A program made the position numbers and the translations under genes. DNA of 64,000 nt from a virus, in the IMG/VR virus record IMGVR_UViG_3300046003_004989, positions 32,001-96,000 of that record. One strand, 5' to 3'. This document shows, one piece after another, positions 57,482 through 64,000 of the stretch (position 1 is the stretch's first letter; each line of letters begins with the position of its first letter). A model generated the notes under the pieces. The model ran no database searches. It had not been told where the DNA came from and saw nothing but the letters and a program-made list of their open reading frames with translations.

Positions 57482-58299
57482 TATTTTTGTATTTGTGGTA
57501 CCCAATGTGTCATTCTGCCTTCTCTCGTTACTTCTTTAACGACTGGATATCCTTGTTCGCAAATGTTTCTTCCGTAAACTTTAAATGAGAAAACGAAATC
57601 TCCATCTTCTCCGTCCATACCTTTATATGTGCTAATACTTGCTCCTCGATTAGCAAAAGAAGATTTGATTACTTCTTCAGTTGCTTTATTCAGTTTAGAG
57701 AATTCGGAATCTGTGATAGATTTTACTACTCTATGTGGTGAAACTCCAGCTCTATAGAGAACTTCTGCTTTGATGTAATTTCCGATTCCACCGATCAGTG
57801 ATTGATTCATTAAAACTTCTGGCATCGTAGCTTCAGGGAATTTCATTAGCCTTTCTTTGAATAGCTCATCAGATATGATATCTGCTAGATGATTAGGTCC
57901 GATAGACTTTATTTTCTTTTTAGTCTGTTCGATATCATCTATGAATTTCATAGTTCCAAAGTTTCTAGCATCAGTAAAAAAGACCGAATTATCTTCAGTC
58001 TTAAATTCTATATGGCCATGTTTTGTATGATCGGCTCTCCAACCGCCAGACATTCCGAGAGTATTCCAAGCCCACCATTTTTTTCCGCTTTTCCCTGTGA
58101 ACTGAAATAAAATCAGCTTTCCACAGAAAGTTACTTCATCTACTTTTGCAGGCAATTCTTCTCTAAATGCAGATAGACCGACTGGATCTCCATGTCTGAC
58201 ATATCTACCAGAGTGAATGATAACTTCGGTTAGTAATTTACCGTTGATTCTTTGATTAATCGACAGTGCTGTCCTCGCTACTTCTGGTAATTCTGGCAT
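57481..58299 (-). CDS. Fpg/Nei DNA glycosylase-AP lyase
   Basis: MPELPEV, GK, LGMSG, D.RNFG, H2TH GIGNYIKAEVLY. Confidence 0.9.
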   Translation of the reverse strand: MPELPEVARTALSINQRINGKLLTEVIIHSGRYVRHGDPVGLSAFREELPAKVDEVTFCGKLILFQFTGKSGKKWWAWNTLGMSGGWRADHTKHGHIEFKTEDNSVFFTDARNFGTMKFIDDIEQTKKKIKSIGPNHLADIISDELFKERLMKFPEATMPEVLMNQSLIGGIGNYIKAEVLYRAGVSPHRVVKSITDSEFSKLNKATEEVIKSSFANRGASISTYKGMDGEDGDFVFSFKVYGRNICEQGYPVVKEVTREGRMTHWVPQIQK

Positions 58300-58468
58300 T
58301 TTCGTTTTTTTCGTTAATGAATCTTTTTTGTTCTATTAGCAATTTTTTCCCTTCGATTTTATTTGATTCGTTTAGGGCTTCGGTTAGCTTTCCTAGAACG
58401 TCTACTAATTTAGGTAGATCGTGTTCTAAGAATTTTTTACCTACTCTTGATGATGCAAAGTCTTCCAT
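58256..58468 (-). CDS. Hypothetical protein
   Basis: ORF track. Confidence 0.5.
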   Translation of the reverse strand: MEDFASSRVGKKFLEHDLPKLVDVLGKLTEALNESNKIEGKKLLIEQKRFINEKNENARITRSSEDSTVD

Positions 58469-58472
58469 TTGT

Positions 58473-58889
58473 TTAATTTATTTGTTCACGATTCCAAGTG
58501 TATTCTTTCACTTCACCGTTAATGTATTCTTTCCAAGTCTTCTTCCAAGGACCTGCTATTAATAATGTGACACAACCTCTAGGGGATTCACCTATGCAAT
58601 GATAGGAATCTCGAGGAAAGTATCGTATAAATTGTGTTCTTTCTATTGTTGTAATTTCTCCAGTGGATTCATCATCCAATACATATTCTCTGTATCTCCC
58701 AAAAAGTTTGAAACTTAAAGCATTAAATGCATGAGTATGAAACCTATCTTGAAAATTATCACTTTTAACGAAATGAAAGATGACTATACTAAAGAGCCAC
58801 TTACATTCGAAAATAACATATTGGTGAATCTTCCGATTACCGAAGTTAAATGTGTTCTTATGTAAAAAACTTATTGCGTTACTCTTCAT
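58473..58889 (-). CDS. Cupin-like protein
   Basis: FHTHAF..S....G.Y.E...H.I...TL...GP. Confidence 0.55.
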   Translation of the reverse strand: MKSNAISFLHKNTFNFGNRKIHQYVIFECKWLFSIVIFHFVKSDNFQDRFHTHAFNALSFKLFGRYREYVLDDESTGEITTIERTQFIRYFPRDSYHCIGESPRGCVTLLIAGPWKKTWKEYINGEVKEYTWNREQIN

Positions 58890-59271
58890 GGTTTTCTAAG
58901 TCCCAACAGATGTCAGTCAAAAAGTTTTCATCTGTTAGAGTTTTCATTAATTCGTTTTTATGTTGTCTATTGAATTGTTCAGCTTCTTCTAGCGTTTTAT
59001 TTCCCCAAACCGTAACTTGATCGAAATGATTCAATCTAGCTAATCTGACTAATTCATTATAGTCTTCTTTTCTCAAATGCCCTTTAAGTGGCATAAGCCT
59101 ACCTACGCAGGTATTCCACTTAAATTTTCTACCGTCGTAAGTAACCCAATAATAGTCCATATCATCTTCACCTACTGCTACTAATCTTTCGATATCCCAA
59201 CTGCAATTAATGACGAATTGTCCTTTTAGTTCTTCAAACTTCCGAATGATGAGTGTTTTATTATCTTCCAT
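58879..59271 (-). CDS. Hypothetical protein
   Basis: ORF track. Confidence 0.5.
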   Translation of the reverse strand: MEDNKTLIIRKFEELKGQFVINCSWDIERLVAVGEDDMDYYWVTYDGRKFKWNTCVGRLMPLKGHLRKEDYNELVRLARLNHFDQVTVWGNKTLEEAEQFNRQHKNELMKTLTDENFLTDICWDLENHEE

Positions 59272-59641
59272 ATTCGTATCTAGATGCTGTTTTATCTTTA
59301 TATGTGATAGATTTGATCTCGTTTGGAGTAGACTTCTTGTACACTTCTTCTACAATATAAAGATTTTCCCATTCAACATTAGTGTTTTGCATAACCCATT
59401 GAGTGCTTTCATCCCATGTCATTTGACGAGTTTCGATAACTATACCCCATTGATCTGAGAATGATTGATCTGACTCAGCCATCGCTTCAAACATCTCGAT
59501 TGAAGGTTTTCTATAAGAAGTTTTACCGTCAGTTCGAGATACTAAGAGAGTTAACCCTATCGAATTATCTCTCTCGTAAGCATCGGAATAATCTTTGTAA
59601 GCTTTCTCAAGTAGATGATTGTATTGCATTTCAGTATTCAT
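59261..59641 (-). CDS. Hypothetical protein
   Basis: ORF track. Confidence 0.5.
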   Translation of the reverse strand: MNTEMQYNHLLEKAYKDYSDAYERDNSIGLTLLVSRTDGKTSYRKPSIEMFEAMAESDQSFSDQWGIVIETRQMTWDESTQWVMQNTNVEWENLYIVEEVYKKSTPNEIKSITYKDKTASRYEYGR

Positions 59642-60005
59642 TTATCTTCAAATTAAATTTTTCAAATATTTTTAGAGCTTCTTCGATACGGACTTTTATC
59701 CAAATAAAGACTTCACCGTAAGAATTGCTACCGATATTACATCCACCAAATTCCCAATAATCTTCTTCATTGCTTACATAAGATGCATTACGGAATGAAA
59801 TGACCCAATGAGGTTTATTCGATTGTATAAGCTCATAAGCCTCTTCGTAAGTTAGCTTACTCGGTCTTCTTGTAGCATATCCAGGATTGTCTATTGTGCT
59901 CTTTTCATCGACCCAAGAATCGAAAGATTTACTTAGAGCATAATCAAAAATCTCCTTCGGATCACTAGGGAGATTTTGAATATTTGCATGTTTGTAAAGT
60001 CCCAT
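59631..60005 (-). CDS. Hypothetical protein
   Basis: ORF track. Confidence 0.5.
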   Translation of the reverse strand: MGLYKHANIQNLPSDPKEIFDYALSKSFDSWVDEKSTIDNPGYATRRPSKLTYEEAYELIQSNKPHWVISFRNASYVSNEEDYWEFGGCNIGSNSYGEVFIWIKVRIEEALKIFEKFNLKINEY

Positions 60006-60006
60006 C

Positions 60007-61284
60007 TTACTTTAATAAGTCTTTCCAAAATTCATCGTCGAAACCTTTGTCAGTTTCTGATGTCGATGTGATAATTACTTCACCTACAGGTTTTTCTGCA
60101 GAAGCTTTAGGTATTGCTGCTTTGAACAATCCAGATTCATTGAATGATTCTGCTTTGTCTTTTGTATATGTCGTACCTTCAAGAATTTTGTCTTTATTCA
60201 TGATGGTATGTAACTCCATTGCAGAGAATGAATGCAATTTATTTGGAGTGATAGTCATAAACATTGCTTCGAGAATTTCTGCAGGAATACAATTTTTATG
60301 TAAGAAAACAAGATCTCGATTAAGTAACCATTTAGTACGAATTTCTGCAGGTTCTTTTTCAATTTTAATTACTCGTTTAGCAATTGAAACGATTTGATCG
60401 ATGTATTCGTCGTTGAAAAAATGTGATTGATTAACGAAAACCTTATCATCCTTGAATTCGTTTAGAATTGTATTTGCGTGATTATCAGTAACACCAAAAC
60501 GTCTAGGACCTCCTTTAGTTTCTTTGATTACGACATGTAAAGGAGAAACGTTATCGCCCATATCCCCTATAAGAACTTTTCGGAATAAAAATTCATTAGT
60601 ATTGACTTCGTCAAGTTTCATCTTATTCATTTTGATGATGTCCTTAAGGTGTTGTTTTGAGTTTGAAACGAGGTCGATAGGTAGATTGAAGATATCGTTT
60701 GTTGTATTGAAGTCTTCTTGATCTAACCAATTTTTAAAGCCAGGGAATACGTGCAAATCCTTATCGAATTTATTGTAGTAAAGTGTGTTTGCACCTGAGG
60801 AATTGTCTTTATTTACTAATTGAAGTAAGTCGTTATCTCCTGAGATAATCATTGCATTTTGACCTTGTTGATTAAGGTGAGCAGACCAAGCGAAGATTAA
60901 GTCATCGGCTTCGGCACCACGAACTCGAGAAACAATGATACCAAGTTTTTCGAGACCTGCAACGAATTCGTTATGAACTTCATAGATTTTATTCCAATCG
61001 ATTTCAGAAGATTTTGTACGATTAGCTTTATACGTTTCGCCACCTGCATAGGTTTTTCGCCAAGATGATGAGTCGATAGTATAGACGATTCGATTTGTAA
61101 TTCCTTCGAATCTTTTAATTTCAGAAGCAAAGTCTACTGAAAGTTTCCAAAGAAGTAAGTTTTTATCTTCTTCAGGTTCGTCGATAAAATTGAATGGCTT
61201 GCCTTGCTTGATTTTTTGACCAATGAAGAAAGTTTTATGTAGCCAGAAGTTACCGTCGAAAATTAATGTGTATTTACCAGTCAT
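60007..61284 (-). CDS. rnh: T4 RNase H-like 5'-3' exonuclease (FEN family)
   Basis: FDGN, SWRK, YKANR, EADD, SGDND..QL, GD.GDN. Confidence 0.9.
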   Translation of the reverse strand: MTGKYTLIFDGNFWLHKTFFIGQKIKQGKPFNFIDEPEEDKNLLLWKLSVDFASEIKRFEGITNRIVYTIDSSSWRKTYAGGETYKANRTKSSEIDWNKIYEVHNEFVAGLEKLGIIVSRVRGAEADDLIFAWSAHLNQQGQNAMIISGDNDLLQLVNKDNSSGANTLYYNKFDKDLHVFPGFKNWLDQEDFNTTNDIFNLPIDLVSNSKQHLKDIIKMNKMKLDEVNTNEFLFRKVLIGDMGDNVSPLHVVIKETKGGPRRFGVTDNHANTILNEFKDDKVFVNQSHFFNDEYIDQIVSIAKRVIKIEKEPAEIRTKWLLNRDLVFLHKNCIPAEILEAMFMTITPNKLHSFSAMELHTIMNKDKILEGTTYTKDKAESFNESGLFKAAIPKASAEKPVGEVIITSTSETDKGFDDEFWKDLLK

Positions 61285-61328
61285 ATGTATACGATTTTTT
61301 AGTTTTATGCAGAATTTGATTCGTGGTT

Positions 61329-61472
61329 TTATCTGTCTGCTAATCTTTTGAAGACATCGATATTTTGATCGATCTTAACGAACAATTCTTTCATTTTGTC
61401 ATCTAAGAATTTTTTGTACTCAGCGTCGTTTTTGAAACGGCTTTTATCGTAGTTTAATTTTTGTTTTGCCAT
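61329..61472 (-). CDS. 47-aa protein (not in the ORF track)
   Basis: MAKQKLNYDKSRFKNDAEY...VFKRLADR*. Confidence 0.5.
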   Translation of the reverse strand: MAKQKLNYDKSRFKNDAEYKKFLDDKMKELFVKIDQNIDVFKRLADR

Positions 61473-61770
61473 TGTTCGTTGGAGTTGAAGTTATTGTTTG
61501 AACGTTTTTCGGAGTATAGTAGAATTGTAGATTTGAATCCATTGTTACGAAGTCTTCTGGAAACATATTAAAGTCGTAAAGATTATTTTTGTTGTTTTCT
61601 ACTAACTTATTGAAGTATCTTAAGTACATAAAACCGTAACGATGTTGAGGAATACAAAATACAAAAACACATAGAGCATTTTTATGAGAACCTTTAGTAA
61701 CTTTTACAATGTCACCTAATTCGATTTGATTGTTGTTTTGATCAGTAAAATGTAATGGATTGAATTGCAT
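61444..61770 (-). CDS. Early hypothetical protein (YopX-C/KOW-like)
   Basis: D.N...IE.GDIVK; follows a -7 promoter. Confidence 0.5.
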   Translation of the reverse strand: MQFNPLHFTDQNNNQIELGDIVKVTKGSHKNALCVFVFCIPQHRYGFMYLRYFNKLVENNKNNLYDFNMFPEDFVTMDSNLQFYYTPKNVQTITSTPTNNGKTKIKLR

Positions 61771-61795
61771 AATTGAATTGTTTTAATTTGATATA

Positions 61796-61864
61796 CAAAT
61801 ATAATACAAAAACTCGACATTAAAAAATGCCGAGTCAATTATTTTCAAAAAGTTATTAACAATT
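61796..61864 (-). promoter_or_regulatory. Host-type -7 promoter with TTATTAACA box at 56 bp
   Basis: caaatataa at 61796; gttattaac at 61852. Confidence 0.7.
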
Positions 61865-62091
61865 TAAGCCCAAAAGTTATCATATCCGTTTTGATATGAT
61901 TCCTGAAGCTGAGGTGTAATTGTTATGTGAGTGTATGCTTTTGGTACATTTAGATGCTCACAAGCTCTATCGATTGCTCCTTCATAATAGGCACAATCTA
62001 ATAAGAAGTGAGAATCTCTAAACCAATTAGCTACTCCGTTTTTGTAGACTTCAATTACTCTGTCTAGTCTTTCTTGTGTGATGTTTTCCAT
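61864..62091 (-). CDS. Hypothetical protein
   Basis: ORF track. Confidence 0.5.
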   Translation of the reverse strand: MENITQERLDRVIEVYKNGVANWFRDSHFLLDCAYYEGAIDRACEHLNVPKAYTHITITPQLQESYQNGYDNFWA

Positions 62092-62096
62092 ATTCT

Positions 62097-62618
62097 TTAT
62101 ATGATGATTATAACTCTTATTCTTTGACCTATAATAGCTCCACCGTACTTATAATCAATTTCAATATCTCCATTTGAAACATTTACTCTTGTATTATTTG
62201 ATGGTACTCCAGTTGAAACTATAGAACCTTCAGTCATAATATGATTCCATTGTGTAGCACCGGCAATAAATGACCACATTGATATACTCATATCAGGAAA
62301 CTGTGGAATATCATTACCTGCTAATCCACCTGCTGGAGGAGTTAGTATAATTCCAGGATTCAAACCATCAGGAGAAACAGCAGCTAATAATTCAGATCGA
62401 GTAATTGTCAAAGTTGTAGGTCCTAAAGGGAAAAACTCTTTTACGAATTTAATTGGAGAAGAAGTTGAACCTGCAGATCCAGCAGATCCAGCTGGTCCGG
62501 TTGGACCGATAGAACCTGTAGGACCGACTAGACCTAGGGTTGATATGTCTATCGGATTTCCGAAATAATCTACGAATCTACCGTTTTCGATAAAAACTGC
62601 GTTGGAACTTGATGGCAT
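62097..62618 (-). CDS. Short collagen-motif virion protein
   Basis: GLVGPTGSIGPTGPAGSAGSAGST. Confidence 0.6.
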   Translation of the reverse strand: MPSSSNAVFIENGRFVDYFGNPIDISTLGLVGPTGSIGPTGPAGSAGSAGSTSSPIKFVKEFFPLGPTTLTITRSELLAAVSPDGLNPGIILTPPAGGLAGNDIPQFPDMSISMWSFIAGATQWNHIMTEGSIVSTGVPSNNTRVNVSNGDIEIDYKYGGAIIGQRIRVIIII

Positions 62619-63574
62619 TAATTTGTACGAACTATATTTTGTATTTTATATATCAGTGATAGCATCGTTACTACTGGATCGATTACGAAACGAAGTTCGT
62701 ATGAATGCTTATTTACTTCATAGCAAATTTCACCTGCTTTACGCATTAATTGAGGTCTTTCTAATTGTACATATTCAATGAAGTCAGTTCCCATTGCTTG
62801 AATTACGTCATCTACTTTTGATGAGTAATTTGAAACGAGATATTGATAGTTTTTTACTTCATCGTTTTGTGGATTGAAAACATGTTCGTAAAGATCTTTG
62901 AATACTCCATGAAATTTCTTAACGTCATCGGCAGTAATTTTAGTCTTACCTTCGGCATGATAGCCTTGCAAAACATTAATTGTCGAACGTAAGTCTGGGA
63001 ATTTTCTACGAACAAGTTCAATTAAAGCATCTTTTTCGATATCCATGCCTTCACCTTTAATGATGTCATAGACACGTTTAAAGTATTTCTTTTCAATTTC
63101 TGCTTCTTCTGCTTCGGAAAAATCGAAGTTAAAGCATTCAAAACGAGATTGGATGTTATCAGGAATCTTATTGATGTAATTACAAGTTGCAACGAATCTA
63201 GCAGTTTTTTCAAATTGCTCGATAGTTCCACGAAGTGCTTTCATATATTGATCAGATACTCCATCGAACTCATCTAATATGACAACCTTAAGTTTCTTTT
63301 CGCCATCAATAACAGACAACGTAGAACAAAATTCCATAATCTTAGTACGAACAGTATCAACTCCTGTTTCAACTGAACAGTTAATGTACATATATGGATT
63401 GTCACCTGCAATAACTTTAGCAGTTGATGTTTTTCCAGTTCCTGGAGATCCATGGAATAAGAAGTTCATATACAAACCATTGCTTAGTTTGGTTGCGATT
63501 CTTTCTGGAAGAATCAATTCATCTAAAGTAGAAGGACGATATCTTTCAGTCCACAGAGCTTTTTTTGGATTCAT
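62618..63574 (-). CDS. gp44: Sliding-clamp loader AAA+ subunit (RFC-like)
   Basis: LWTERYRP, GSPGTGKT, ILDEFD, LRG..E, SRF, FPDLR. Confidence 0.95.
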   Translation of the reverse strand: MNPKKALWTERYRPSTLDELILPERIATKLSNGLYMNFLFHGSPGTGKTSTAKVIAGDNPYMYINCSVETGVDTVRTKIMEFCSTLSVIDGEKKLKVVILDEFDGVSDQYMKALRGTIEQFEKTARFVATCNYINKIPDNIQSRFECFNFDFSEAEEAEIEKKYFKRVYDIIKGEGMDIEKDALIELVRRKFPDLRSTINVLQGYHAEGKTKITADDVKKFHGVFKDLYEHVFNPQNDEVKNYQYLVSNYSSKVDDVIQAMGTDFIEYVQLERPQLMRKAGEICYEVNKHSYELRFVIDPVVTMLSLIYKIQNIVRTN

Positions 63575-63632
63575 GCTTAAATTGTCTTTTTTAATTATAT
63601 GTCGGAAATTGCTTTATAGATCACAAATGACA

Positions 63633-63974
63633 TTACTTGAGTGTAATGTCATTTTCTATTTGTTGAAGATTGAGAACCGTTCGGCTATCATACTTGGATT
63701 CTATTACGGTAGTTCGTTTTTCTAAAGCTCTATCAAAAGCTTCTTTAATTGAATCCATTCTACCGTTCGGTAGCCAGACGTAATATGAGAATTTACCATT
63801 AGTGATGGTAACCGCATTACCTGAGAATCGGATAAGGTAATTGCTGTTTTCTATGTAATTTGTACCTGAAAGAGGTGCAGGAACTAGAAGAGAATTCGGA
63901 TGAGCGATTAGCTTCCTCGTAATTGAAAAGGCTTTTAGTTGAACTTCTGATAGCTTTTCTTCTTTCGAATCCAT
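63633..63974 (-). CDS. Hypothetical protein
   Basis: ORF track. Confidence 0.55.
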   Translation of the reverse strand: MDSKEEKLSEVQLKAFSITRKLIAHPNSLLVPAPLSGTNYIENSNYLIRFSGNAVTITNGKFSYYVWLPNGRMDSIKEAFDRALEKRTTVIESKYDSRTVLNLQQIENDITLK

Positions 63975-64000
63975 TATTGATTTTAGCTTTCTTCGAAACT

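Noticed and set aside
27988-63231. Short nested minus-strand ORFs (27988, 31302, 31524, 38085, 41431, 60897, 63022)
   Set aside because: They are out-of-frame overlaps within recognised genes with no independent signals

Overview
This is an AT-rich 64 kb segment of a large T4-like (jumbo myovirus-type) phage genome; every credible gene is on the minus strand and reads in the standard code. The host is probably a Bacteroidota member, inferred from TAnnTTTG -7 promoters and A-rich starts that mostly lack a Shine-Dalgarno sequence. Recognisable genes include terminase, tail sheath and tube, neck protein, a tape-measure-like protein and baseplate/tail chaperones. Also present are two type II topoisomerase subunits, a clamp loader, RNase H/5'-3' exonuclease, ThyA, PhoH, Fpg/Nei, an ECF-type sigma factor, a glycan-synthesis cluster and Thr-rich collagen-like fibres. 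The most striking feature is at 1-11518: 17 of 19 consecutive, otherwise unrelated genes share an N-terminal leader (MKNIPxFxxFxNE). It resembles the T4 internal-protein capsid-targeting sequence that the prohead protease removes. Many of these proteins also carry internal [VIL]NE sites between domains, and three of them are nucleotidyl-transfer enzymes. I interpret this as a large, cassette-like set of packaged, proteolytically matured, injected proteins. Other highlights are a three-class promoter cascade, including a TTATTAACA box held at a fixed 46/56 bp distance from host-type promoters, and a prfB-like CUU-UAA +1 frameshift candidate upstream of the tape measure gene. There is also a SgtA/BclA-like glycosyltransferase-collagen pairing, a UVR-like insertion in ThyA, a catalytically degenerate phosphoesterase and a GC-rich structured element upstream of the small terminase. 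All calls are by eye from motifs; no database search was run.
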